DNA from: Bosea sp. (in: a-proteobacteria)
GTDB lineage: Bacteria > Pseudomonadota > Alphaproteobacteria > Rhizobiales > Beijerinckiaceae
Reading direction: 5' to 3'
DNA length: 64,000 nucleotides
Assembly (NCBI RefSeq): GCF_035999205.1
Contig: NZ_DASYHA010000021.1
Coordinates: forward strand, 39,605-103,604
Part shown: positions 8,483 to 19,678 of the stretch, one piece after another
Layout: every line of letters starts with the position of its first letter
Numbering within the stretch: the stretch's first letter is position 1
Program-made: the position numbers and the translations under genes
The notes under the pieces: generated by a model
Databases searched by the model: none
The model's input: the letters and a program-made list of their open reading frames with translations, nothing else
What the model was told of the DNA's origin: nothing

Positions 8483-10000
8483 TCAGGCGTCGCCGATGGG
8501 ATTGACGACGCCCGCGAAGGTCAGGAGATCGGTCATCTCGAACTTGCCCGGCGTGCTGCCGAGGCTGGGCTTAAACTTGGGCGTCGCACTCAGATAGGAT
8601 GCGGGATTGCCCTGTATGAGGCCGACGAAGACTTCGGCGACGATGGTCGCACCGACTGGGCCGAGATGCTCGCCCGAACCCTTCAGTTCGGCTTCCTTCA
8701 GGATGTAGTACCAGAGCGGCGTCGCCTTATCGAAGCCGTGCTTCCGGGCGACGACGCTGTCGGGCTTCGCGCCGCCTCCGATTTCCGCGGGAGTCAACGC
8801 CGGAAGGCCCATCTTTTTCGCAACCGCCTGGCCGGATGGCAGGCGCATCATCACGCCGCGCTTGAGATTGCGGAACGGCAGGATGGCGCCCGGCGTGGCC
8901 GGATCCACGCCAGGCAAGGTGTGCAGCGCCTCCACGACGAATGGATCGATCGGCTGGGCGAAATTGAACTCGAAGTTCGGCGTGCCGGGCGGCGTCTTGA
9001 AATCGAAGAAGCGTCGCCAATCGATCACCCAGTTGCTTGGAAGCACTGGCTGCGGCAGCGGTGTCGCCGGCGCCTGCAGAGCACCCACGATGCGCCCCGA
9101 TTTCGCGGTGAAGTCGAACAGCAATGGCAGGGTCGCCACGGTGGCCCCGCCCGGCCGGAAGACGAAGTTGTGACTGTAGCCCTGCCGCACCATGCTGTGG
9201 CCGAAGCGATAGGCCGCCACGGCGAATTCGATCGGCATGAACGGAAATTTCGCGAAGCGAAAGTGCTTGCGGCCTGCCTTCATGATGCGTTCGGCAACGC
9301 CTCTTTCTCCGGTGATCGTTTCCAGGAACTCGTGAAGAACGATCCATTGATAGTGCCATGTCACGAGCTCGCGGGCTTTCGCGAAGACTTCGTTGGACGG
9401 CACGCCTTCCGCCTGCAGCTTGTCGACGACCTTGTTGTGGAAATTCATGAGGGCGACGTGCAATTGCGCGACGACCAGATTCTCGTCGTTGCGCGGGTCG
9501 CTGATGATCGCCATGCCGGTGACGGGGCTGCGCGGCAGATCATGGCCGACCTGGTCGGGTATCGTGCCCGCCGAGACGATCTTGGCGCTCTCGGCCGCGG
9601 TGCCGATCAGCAGCTTTGGGCCGATATGCAGGCCGACGGGATCCCGCTCGTAGAGAAAGGGTGAGCCGTCCTGGCCGAGGCCATAGAGCGAGTCGAGATC
9701 GGCGGTCGGTGTCCGGAAATTCTCCTTGCCCTGAGGGTCGGCGATCTTTTCGGAAAGGGATGTCGGATCGAAGGTGATGTCGTGGTCGATGAACTGGCCA
9801 AGATAGGTGAAGCCGGCCGGAATCTTCGAGTCGGCGCGCGCTAGGTCTTTCATGGCCTTGGCCAACTCGAGAAGGGCGTCGTCGCTCGCCTCGAGTGGTT
9901 GCAGATTGAACAGCTTGCCGAAAAGTCCGGGATTCTTGTTGGCGGGAGAGCTCAGAGAATCCGGTTTCGGATGTCGGCTACCAATTCCATGCATCGGCAT
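8483..10000 (-). CDS. Heme peroxidase of the peroxidase-cyclooxygenase (animal heme peroxidase) superfamily
   Basis: 505 aa. Distal-His block YLGQFIDHDITFDP and proximal-His block AAYRFGHSMV. No obvious signal peptide. SD GGAGG lies 7 nt upstream of the ATG. Confidence 0.85.
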   Translation of the reverse strand: MPMHGIGSRHPKPDSLSSPANKNPGLFGKLFNLQPLEASDDALLELAKAMKDLARADSKIPAGFTYLGQFIDHDITFDPTSLSEKIADPQGKENFRTPTADLDSLYGLGQDGSPFLYERDPVGLHIGPKLLIGTAAESAKIVSAGTIPDQVGHDLPRSPVTGMAIISDPRNDENLVVAQLHVALMNFHNKVVDKLQAEGVPSNEVFAKARELVTWHYQWIVLHEFLETITGERGVAERIMKAGRKHFRFAKFPFMPIEFAVAAYRFGHSMVRQGYSHNFVFRPGGATVATLPLLFDFTAKSGRIVGALQAPATPLPQPVLPSNWVIDWRRFFDFKTPPGTPNFEFNFAQPIDPFVVEALHTLPGVDPATPGAILPFRNLKRGVMMRLPSGQAVAKKMGLPALTPAEIGGGAKPDSVVARKHGFDKATPLWYYILKEAELKGSGEHLGPVGATIVAEVFVGLIQGNPASYLSATPKFKPSLGSTPGKFEMTDLLTFAGVVNPIGDA

Positions 10001-10195
10001 AGCGAGACCTCCATGGTTGTGAGGCCTCCCATGTCACGGGAGGTGCGATGCGAATGTAATTGGAGGGCGAAGTTGAGTCGCCATTTTATGTTTACTGAGA
10101 ATTATACGTACTTGCTAACATTGGTTTATTTTATTTCAAACATTCTCGGTTTCATTATTTCGCGTAGTATATCAATGTTTCACGGCGCGCTGTTG
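10001..10195 (-). promoter_or_regulatory. AT-rich leader/promoter region of the peroxidase gene
   Basis: I count 28 G+C in the 100 nt 10081-10180, against ~67% background. Contains a TATAAT hexamer on the minus strand (complement of 10101-10106) and a CCUCCC/GGGAGG hairpin (10025-10043). No experimentally defined site. Confidence 0.4.
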
Positions 10196-10440
10196 GCTTG
10201 CATTCCTTTTGGGTGTGTCGCGATTTCGAGGCGGGTAACGCCAAGGACGCGGCGAAGCTGGTCACGGCGGTCGCCTCGGTGCGGGCAAACACGGCACGTG
10301 CGGCCGGGCCTCTACACGATCCCTTTCTGTTCATTTGGCCAACCTTGCGCATCTCAGTGATGGGCGGCGCGCGTGCTCGTCATCGTCCACCGCGACCATA
10401 TCGAGGCGGATGGCAAGACCTGGTCTGCCGGGTCGCGCGG
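10195..10440 (+). pseudogene. Decayed duplicate of the 3' part of mccB (corresponds to about 7895-8180)
   Basis: Relic frames read [37 protein letters not shown] and HRDHIEADGKTWSAG. The intact protein has [38 protein letters not shown] and [14 protein letters not shown]. There are at least two internal deletions (about 40 and 10 nt by eye) plus frame changes. Boundaries are approximate. Confidence 0.75.
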
Positions 10441-10457
10441 TCGTCCTGCGACTGGGC

Positions 10458-11177
10458 TCATACCGGGCCGGGCGGGGGCGCGCGAAACGCCGCCAGGTCC
10501 CGGAGCGCAAGCGCGGTCCGCGACTGCGCCTGCCGCCGAAGGATCAGCGCTACCGTTCCCAGCGAGGCGAGCAGGAGCAGGGCGGGGCTGATGATCCAGG
10601 TGACAGCCGCGAGGGCGAAATAGTAGCTGCGCAGGCCGTGGTCATAGGCTTCGGCCACGCCCGTGATGATGTTTCCCATCGTCATGGACAGGCGCTCATG
10701 GGTGGCGTCGTCGAGGCCGGAGGCCGGAGGGGCCGCGCCGATCACGACGCCGGCGAAATTGGCCTGCCGGATCGCCCAGGTGAAGGATTGAAAGGCATAG
10801 ACGGCGACGACGAGCACCAGCACGATCTTGATGTCGAGCGCAGTCGGCGCCGGGACCGCCAGCCAGTTGGCTACCGGTGGCTGCGCGCTCCGACCGAGAT
10901 TCAGGTTGAACAGCACGCCGAGCAGTGCGCCGATCACGATGACCGAGGTCGAGGCGAAAAGGCCTGCGGTCGAGGTGATGACCGTGAGGATGGCGGTGTC
11001 GCCGATGCGGATGTCGCGTCTCAGGAGTGCGCCCATCCAGGCCCGGCGATGATCGACCATAGCTGCTGCGACGATCTTGGAATGCTTGCCGCGCCAGCGC
11101 AGGAACGGTGCGAGCCCGAGCCAGCAGGCCAGGAAGACCAGGAGGGCCAACACGTCCAATGCCGACAATCCGAACAT
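10458..11177 (-). CDS. DUF599-family integral membrane protein
   Basis: About 4 TM segments. Overall resemblance to DUF599 proteins (…HRRAWMGALLRRDIRIGDTAIL…, …FTWAIRQANFAG…). Start taken at MFGLSALD; the track ORF starts 6 codons earlier. Confidence 0.65.
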   Translation of the reverse strand: MFGLSALDVLALLVFLACWLGLAPFLRWRGKHSKIVAAAMVDHRRAWMGALLRRDIRIGDTAILTVITSTAGLFASTSVIVIGALLGVLFNLNLGRSAQPPVANWLAVPAPTALDIKIVLVLVVAVYAFQSFTWAIRQANFAGVVIGAAPPASGLDDATHERLSMTMGNIITGVAEAYDHGLRSYYFALAAVTWIISPALLLLASLGTVALILRRQAQSRTALALRDLAAFRAPPPGPV

Positions 11178-11255
11178 GGATCTCTCCTGCTGCAATGTCC
11201 CGCGGGAGCGATCTTACCAAAGGTCATGACGAATTTGACCAGCGGTGAAGCGCGT

Positions 11256-11657
11256 CTAGTTCCCATACCAATCGCCGGGATCGACCCGGTCGCGGCGCTC
11301 GCCAGCCTTCAGCGTCACGACGATCGGCTTGTGCGAGGGGCATCTGGCGTTGAGGCCGCAGGTCACGAAGTCGGAATAGTAGGCCGGCGGCCCCGACCAT
11401 TCCGCTGTCGTGGCGTGGACGTGGTAGCTGCCCGGCGGCACCTTCAGCTCGTAGATCGTGGCTCGGCCGCGCTTCGTCTTGCGCGTCGTGCAATGCGCCT
11501 CGCGCGTCGCCAGCGAGATGGCGCAGATGCGCATGTCCTGCGGGATGTGGTCGCTCGGATAGGAGAGGCTGCCGCTGATCGTCGCGAGAGGGCTCTGGGC
11601 TGCGGCATGACTGGTCGCAAGGCCGAGCAGCGCGATCGCGAGGGGGCGGTGCATCAT
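11256..11657 (-). CDS. Secreted hypothetical protein with four cysteines
   Basis: 133 aa. Signal peptide MMHRPLAIALLGLATSHAAAQ. Four Cys in the mature part. Its start overlaps the stop of the upstream Kelch gene (ATGA at 11654-11657). Confidence 0.55.
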   Translation of the reverse strand: MMHRPLAIALLGLATSHAAAQSPLATISGSLSYPSDHIPQDMRICAISLATREAHCTTRKTKRGRATIYELKVPPGSYHVHATTAEWSGPPAYYSDFVTCGLNARCPSHKPIVVTLKAGERRDRVDPGDWYGN

Positions 11658-12739
11658 CCCAGCACGAACGCCTCATGCACGGCGCTCTGCACGCCCCCGC
11701 CCATGATCGGTCCGCCGCCGGCGACGTGGATGGCGTCGCCGACGAGCGCCGCACCGAGGCCGTGGCGCGGGGTCAGCATCGGGGCATACTGCTCCCAGCC
11801 GTCGCTGGCGGGGTCATAGGCCTCCATCTGGCCAAAGACGCGGTTGGTGCCTTCGCCGCCCATCACGAAGACCTTGCCGCGATAGAGCACGGCGCCATGG
11901 CCGGAACGGGCGGTCGGCAGCGGGTTGCGCGGCGCCCATTTGTCGGTCGCCGGGTCATAGGCGTGGTGCAGGTTCGAGTTGGTGTGGAAGCTATCGACGC
12001 GGCCGCCGATGACGTGAATCAGGTTGCCGATCGCCAGCGTGCCGGTGTGGTCGCGCGCCGTCGGCATCGGCGTGCGCTCGCTCCACTTGTCGGTCTTCGG
12101 ATCGTAGACGAGGTGCCAGTCGACCGAGCGCTTGGTCTCGGTGGTCTCGCCGATGGCGCCGCCGATGACGTGTAGCACGCCGTTCAGCCCGACCACGGCG
12201 GTGGAGCCGGCCGGGCGGGGCAGGGCGGCGATCTCGGCCCAGCGATCGGTCTTCGGATCCCACACGAAGCAGCGCGGATGCGGCTTGCGGTTCTGCTCGA
12301 TGAAGCCGCCGATCGCGTAAAGCCTGCCGTCGAGGAAGGCGACGCCGACATGGTTGGCGCCGAGCGGCAGCGGTGCTGCGTCGGTCCAGCGATCGGCCTT
12401 CGGCTCGTAGACATGGTGATAAGGCCGGTCGACGCGCTGCTCGGCATAGCCGCCGACGATGTGCATGCGGTCTTCATTGGCCGTCGCCCAGGCCATCTCG
12501 GAGCGCGGCATGGGCAAGAGCGCCTTCGCGCTCCAGCGGCCGGGCTGCGCGGCCTTCGGCGCGGGGGAGTCAAAGACGTTTTGGCTGGTTGCCAGTTCCG
12601 GCTTCTGGATGCGGCCGGGCTGGTTCAGCCGCTCGTAATGGCCGCCATGGTGCTCGTGTCCGGGCTGCTGGGCCAAAGCGGGGGCGGCGATGGCGGCGCC
12701 GGCGGTGGCGAGCAGGCGGCGGCGAGTCAGGCTGGTCAT
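11654..12739 (-). CDS. Tat-exported Kelch-repeat (beta-propeller) protein
   Basis: Twin-arginine signal MTSLTRRRLLATAGAAIAAPALA and a His-rich stretch GHEHHGGHY. Followed by 6-7 Kelch-like blades (recurrent ...Y.IGG... / ...W....P.P..R motifs). Start moved to 12739. Confidence 0.75.
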   Translation of the reverse strand: MTSLTRRRLLATAGAAIAAPALAQQPGHEHHGGHYERLNQPGRIQKPELATSQNVFDSPAPKAAQPGRWSAKALLPMPRSEMAWATANEDRMHIVGGYAEQRVDRPYHHVYEPKADRWTDAAPLPLGANHVGVAFLDGRLYAIGGFIEQNRKPHPRCFVWDPKTDRWAEIAALPRPAGSTAVVGLNGVLHVIGGAIGETTETKRSVDWHLVYDPKTDKWSERTPMPTARDHTGTLAIGNLIHVIGGRVDSFHTNSNLHHAYDPATDKWAPRNPLPTARSGHGAVLYRGKVFVMGGEGTNRVFGQMEAYDPASDGWEQYAPMLTPRHGLGAALVGDAIHVAGGGPIMGGGVQSAVHEAFVLG

Positions 12740-12924
12740 GCGCGTTCTCCCATTTTTCCGCGAGAGTATGGGGGCATGCCGCGTTGGCAAGACACGGATG
12801 CGACAGATCGCGATGAAAGCGTGGGGGGCGCGCGCGAAAGCCTGTTCCGTCTGCCGAAGGCGCTGCTATGGTCGCGGCCCACCGATTGAAACGGTTTAGC
12901 CGACAAGAAAACTGAGGATACGCC

Positions 12925-13686
12925 ATGTCGTCGCACAACAAGGTCGCCATCATCACCGGAGCAGGCTCGGGCGTCGGGCGGGCCGTGGCGCTCGCCTTTC
13001 TGAAGGACGGCTACCGCACCGTGCTGGCCGGGCGTCGCAAGGATGCGCTGGACGAGACGGCCGCGCTGTCCGGCGCGCCGGCGTCGCAGGTTCTGTCGGT
13101 GCCGACCGACGTGACCGACAAGGCCTCGGTCGCGAACCTGTTCGCCAAGACGAAGGAAGCCTTCGGGCGGGTCGACGTGCTGTTCAACAATGCCGGCGTC
13201 AATGCGCCTGGCGGCATCATGCTCGAAGATCTCTCGCTGGAAGATTGGCAGAAGGTCGTCGACACCAACCTGACCGGCCCGTTCCTGTGCACGCAGGAGG
13301 CCTTCAAGGCGATGCGTGATCAGCAGCCGCAGGGTGGCCGCATCATCAACAACGGCTCGATCTCGGCCCATGCGCCGCGGCCGAACTCGGTCGCCTACAC
13401 GGCGACCAAGCATGCCATCACCGGCCTGACCAAGACCGCGTCGCTCGACGGGCGCAAATACGGCATCGCCGTCGGCCAGGTCGATATCGGCAATGCGCTG
13501 ACCGAAATGGCGCGCAAGATGACGACCGGCGTGCCGCAGGCCGACGGCTCGATCAAGGTCGAGGCGGTGATGGACGTCGACAACGTCGCGACGACGGTGC
13601 TGCACATGGCCGCCCTGCCGCCGGAGGCGAACGTGCTGTTCGTCACGGTGATGGCGACGAACGCACCCTTCGTCGGGCGTGGGTGA
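12925..13686 (+). CDS. SDR-family oxidoreductase
   Basis: 253 aa. Contains [10 protein letters not shown] (TGxxxGxG), NNAG and a YxxxK catalytic pair (YTATKHA). Confidence 0.85.
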   Translation: MSSHNKVAIITGAGSGVGRAVALAFLKDGYRTVLAGRRKDALDETAALSGAPASQVLSVPTDVTDKASVANLFAKTKEAFGRVDVLFNNAGVNAPGGIMLEDLSLEDWQKVVDTNLTGPFLCTQEAFKAMRDQQPQGGRIINNGSISAHAPRPNSVAYTATKHAITGLTKTASLDGRKYGIAVGQVDIGNALTEMARKMTTGVPQADGSIKVEAVMDVDNVATTVLHMAALPPEANVLFVTVMATNAPFVGRG

Positions 13687-13722
13687 TCGGGGCTGGCTTA
13701 CCGCCTTGCCGTCGAACCTCCT

Positions 13723-13830
13723 CGTCATTCTGGACGCAGCGAAGCGGAGATCCGGAAACCATCGAAGGGCGATGCGTTCTACGATGGATTCCGGAGCGGC
13801 GCCGCTTGCGCGGCTTGTCCGGAATGACGG
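13723..13830. repeat. Palindromic intergenic repeat element (two ~45-nt inverted arms), family copy 1
   Basis: Arms are cgtcattctggacgcagcgaagcggagatccggaaaccatcg and cgatggattccggagcggcgccgcttgcgcggcttgtccggaatgacgg. The same arm consensus recurs at 49893-50013. Confidence 0.7.
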
Positions 13831-13844
13831 TGTGGGGATGATCG

Positions 13845-14504
13845 ATGCTGGAGCCTGAAGATGGCGGCGTTGGCGTGAGCCGGGCCATGGCCCGCGCCTA
13901 CACGCTCACCATCTGGGGCATCGCGCTCGGCATCCTCGTCTTCGCCATTGGTGTCGTCGCCTGGGCGCTCGCCGTCGGCAACGCGCAACTGTTCAAGGAC
14001 GGCGTCGATTGGGTCTATGACGTCGCGCTCTATGGCATCGCGGCGCTCGTGTTCGGGCGCGACGGCCGGGCCGAGCGATTGGCGGCGATGGCGATCGGCG
14101 CGGTGATGGCCGTGGCGGGGTTGCACACGTTCTACGATCTCGCCGCGAAGATCATTGCGCCGCGGCCGATCGAGGTCTGGGCGCTCGGCTTCTCGGCCGG
14201 CAGCGCTGTCGTCATCGCGATCCTGATCGTCGGCGTGCTCTGGCGCTTCCGGCGCGAGGACAATCCCGTCATCAAGGCGACCTGGCTGTCGTCGCGCAAC
14301 GACGTGATCTCGACGACCGGCTTCGCACTGCTCGGCCTCGCTGCCCGCGTCGCGCCGGTGCGCTGGCCGGAATATCTGTTCGACCTCTTCGTCGCCGGTA
14401 TCTGCTTCCAGGCGACATGGGCGATCTGGCGCTCCCTGCGCGGGAAGCCTGCCGATCCGCCTGTGCAGGATAAGGCGGCGACAGGGCAGGCGGCCGGGCT
14501 ATAA
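13845..14504 (+). CDS. Membrane protein resembling the transmembrane domain of cation-diffusion-facilitator transporters
   Basis: 219 aa with about 6 TM helices. No cytoplasmic CDF domain is visible. Assignment is by general resemblance only. Confidence 0.45.
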   Translation: MLEPEDGGVGVSRAMARAYTLTIWGIALGILVFAIGVVAWALAVGNAQLFKDGVDWVYDVALYGIAALVFGRDGRAERLAAMAIGAVMAVAGLHTFYDLAAKIIAPRPIEVWALGFSAGSAVVIAILIVGVLWRFRREDNPVIKATWLSSRNDVISTTGFALLGLAARVAPVRWPEYLFDLFVAGICFQATWAIWRSLRGKPADPPVQDKAATGQAAGL

Positions 14505-14547
14505 AGGCGGCACGCCTTCCGAGGAATGCCGCCAAGGACTCTGGCCC

Positions 14548-16533
<1,986 letters not shown>

Positions 16534-16609
16534 GCGAGGCCGTGGAGTCGGTTGCGGTCGTTCTTTCGCGGACTGATTCAGGGCCTCGCAGTGACGGCGA
16601 ACTTTCTCG

Positions 16610-17380
<771 letters not shown>

Positions 17381-17538
17381 GAATGCCTCCCTGTTTTCGG
17401 CATTGATAGCGCAGTCCCGCCCGTCATGCTCGGGTCTGCGTTTCGCTTCGGCGGAGAACGATATGTGCCCTTGCCGCATCTGTGGAGAAATGCCGCAGGT
17501 GCTGGCCGGGTCGCCGCGTCGGCATTAGGTTGCGCGGC

Positions 17539-17976
17539 ATGGCTCTCCACCTGCTCAAGCTCTGCGTCGGCGCGGAATCGATCAGCGACCTCGAGGAATG
17601 GATCGAGGAGCGGATGGCGCTGGAGCGCCGGCTGGGGCTGCCGCAGGAGCAGACCCACACGACCCGCATGGTGCCCAAGAAGATCGAGGAGATCCTCGAT
17701 GGCGGCTCGCTCTATTGGGTGATCAAGGGCCAGATCTCGGCCCGCCAGCGTCTCACCGATATCCGTCCCTTCACCGATGGCGAGGGCATCGGCCGCTGCC
17801 ATCTGGTGATGGAGCCGGTCGTGGTGCCCGTCGAGCCGCGGCCGTTCCGGCCCTTCCAGGGCTGGCGCTATCTCCAGGCCAAGGACGCGCCGCGCGATCT
17901 GACCGATCGCGGCAGCGGCCTCGGCGAGATGCCGGAAGAGATGCGGCGCGAGCTTGCCGGGCTGGGGCTGCTCTGA
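17539..17976 (+). CDS. DUF1489-family protein
   Basis: MALHLLKLCVGAESISDLEEW... is the typical N-terminus of this conserved alphaproteobacterial family. Start moved to 17539. Confidence 0.7.
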   Translation: MALHLLKLCVGAESISDLEEWIEERMALERRLGLPQEQTHTTRMVPKKIEEILDGGSLYWVIKGQISARQRLTDIRPFTDGEGIGRCHLVMEPVVVPVEPRPFRPFQGWRYLQAKDAPRDLTDRGSGLGEMPEEMRRELAGLGLL

Positions 17977-18323
17977 GCGCCGGGACGATTTTCCCTACAA
18001 CATCTTTATGCCGATCAGGCTCGGCCACCATCGATAACCTATGGAGGTGGTTCTATCTTCTTGCATGCCGCCGGTCGTATCGGCCGGACGCATCAAAGTA
18101 GAACACCATGTTCAGAACTCTTGCCGTCGTCCTTTCCCTCGCCAAGCGGCTGGATGTCCGCCTCACCAGCGGCGTCGGGATGCATGGACGTTACCTCACC
18201 GGGCTGAACCGGGCCCGGCCTGCTCGGCGCGCCGCCCAGCGCCGCCGGTCCGCGCCGAAGCACTGGCCAACGACCTTCGCGACGCACTGAGAGCGCGGCC
18301 TGGCGCTGCCAGAGCCCAACCCG

Positions 18324-18392
18324 TCACTCCCCGATATTGTCGATCAGGCGCGTGCCGCCAATCCGCGCGGCGACCAGCAGGCGGATCGACAG
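18324..18392 (-). pseudogene. Decayed copy of the last ~70 nt of panC (including its stop)
   Basis: A 27-nt perfect run gatattgtcgatcaggcgcgtgccgcc (18333-18359) equals 19688-19714. Flanking positions are partly conserved, and the tca stop complement is retained. Confidence 0.7.
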
Positions 18393-18560
18393 GGCAGCAT
18401 CTGACCGATTTCCGCCCTTCACCGGTGGCGAGGGCATTGGCCGCAGCCATCTTGTGATGGAACCGGGCGGGCCGCGTCCGCTCCGGACCTTCCAAGGCAG
18501 GCGATCTGCAGGCCAAGGATGCGGCGGCGCGAACTCCCGGGGTGGGCCTGCTCTAGCGGC
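18393..18560 (+). pseudogene. Decayed copy of the 3' third of the DUF1489 gene
   Basis: Reads PPFTGGEGIGRSHLVMEP..RPLRTFQG, versus RPFTDGEGIGRCHLVMEP..RPFRPFQG in the intact gene. Has a ~55-nt deletion. The terminal ctgctctag matches ctgctctga of the intact gene. Confidence 0.7.
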
Positions 18561-18564
18561 GTCC

Positions 18565-19662
18565 TCAGCGCGTCAGGCCGAGGAAGGCGAAGGGCTTGGC
18601 AGGCACGAAGCTCGCCGTCGCGTCGCCGGCATAGGTGTGGTCCTGGTCCTGCCCGAGATCGAGCTTGCGGACACCTGCCGCGGGCGCGAAGTCGAGCTTC
18701 TTCAGGTCGACCCAGAACGTGTTCGGCGTCAGCGCCGATTCGAAGAAATACAGCTTGCGGGCATGGTCGACGACGGTGCGCCAGCGGGTCGAAGAAATGT
18801 TCGGCTGGTCGGGCGTCGTCAGACCGAAGGGCACCGAGGCATTGCGGATGACGCTGAAGACGCTGGCAAGGGCGCGATTGGGATCGTCGAACTTCGGAAT
18901 GGCGTTGACGTAGAACGAGGCCCGGACGAAGCGGTCCGAGGCGCGGTTGGTGCCGGGCAGCATCACGGTGCCGCCTATCTGTTTCCAGTATTCGGCCAGC
19001 GCCAGTTGCTGGTCAAAGGTCGGCGAGTTGGTCATGACCTGGTACTTCCGGTCATGGTGGATCACCTGCCGGCCACCGATATACTCGATGATGGCGCTGT
19101 CGCCGGTAGGATCGGACATCGAGAGATGCAGCGTCGTCATGCGGGTCTCGCCCGGCACCGCGTCGGTGACGACGGTGAAGGGCTCCTTGCGCAGCGCCTC
19201 GACCGCCTCCGCGACCGTGGCGAAGTTGTCGAGCACATACTGCCCCCAGGCTGCGATGGTGAGGCCGGGCTTCGCGTTGGCGTCAAACTTCGGATATTCG
19301 GATTCGACCAGCCAGAGCAGGTTCACCGCGAGCCCCGCCTCGTTGAGGCCATCCGTGGTCGAGACGTCGTAGCCCGAGGCGACGACGCTGCCATACTTCG
19401 CAGTCCACTTGACCGAGTTCGGCCCGGCTTCGCCATTGCGCTCGATGCCCCGCGGCAAGGCCCAGAGATTGGTCGCGACATCGACCTTCCAGTCCATCGA
19501 GCGCGCGGTCATGACCTGCCCGTTGGCACCGAAATAGACCAACCGGGTGCAGGCCTGAGCGGCTGTGTCCGCGAGGAGTAGCCCGGCGAGGGCGAGCGCC
19601 GCGATCCGGCGGTTTGCCCGGTGCCTGAACCCCAGTCGACCTTGAAGCGCTTCGCTCATCAT
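18565..19662 (-). CDS. Secreted linear amide C-N hydrolase, choloylglycine hydrolase / penicillin V acylase (Cys-Ntn) family
   Basis: 365 aa. Signal peptide ends ...ADTAAQA followed by CTRLVYFGANGQVMTARSMDW, the nucleophile Cys expected at the mature N-terminus in this family. Confidence 0.8.
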   Translation of the reverse strand: MMSEALQGRLGFRHRANRRIAALALAGLLLADTAAQACTRLVYFGANGQVMTARSMDWKVDVATNLWALPRGIERNGEAGPNSVKWTAKYGSVVASGYDVSTTDGLNEAGLAVNLLWLVESEYPKFDANAKPGLTIAAWGQYVLDNFATVAEAVEALRKEPFTVVTDAVPGETRMTTLHLSMSDPTGDSAIIEYIGGRQVIHHDRKYQVMTNSPTFDQQLALAEYWKQIGGTVMLPGTNRASDRFVRASFYVNAIPKFDDPNRALASVFSVIRNASVPFGLTTPDQPNISSTRWRTVVDHARKLYFFESALTPNTFWVDLKKLDFAPAAGVRKLDLGQDQDHTYAGDATASFVPAKPFAFLGLTR

Positions 19663-19678
19663 CGTCCTCCTGCCGCGG

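Noticed and set aside
6612-9664. Very long ORFs 6612-8450 (-, 612 aa) and 7844-9664 (+, 606 aa) overlapping mccB and the peroxidase gene
   Set aside because: They are antisense or out-of-frame shadows of clearly homologous genes. Their Arg/Ala/Gly/Pro-rich low-complexity translations are typical of GC-rich DNA, with no recognisable domains.
17977-18323. Small ORFs in the 347-nt spacer after the DUF1489 gene (e.g. 18108-18290, 60 aa)
   Set aside because: The translations are Arg-rich with no signal or domain and no RBS, and I found no similarity to the hydrolase gene or other window sequences. The region is treated as non-coding and is discussed under the rearrangement scar.
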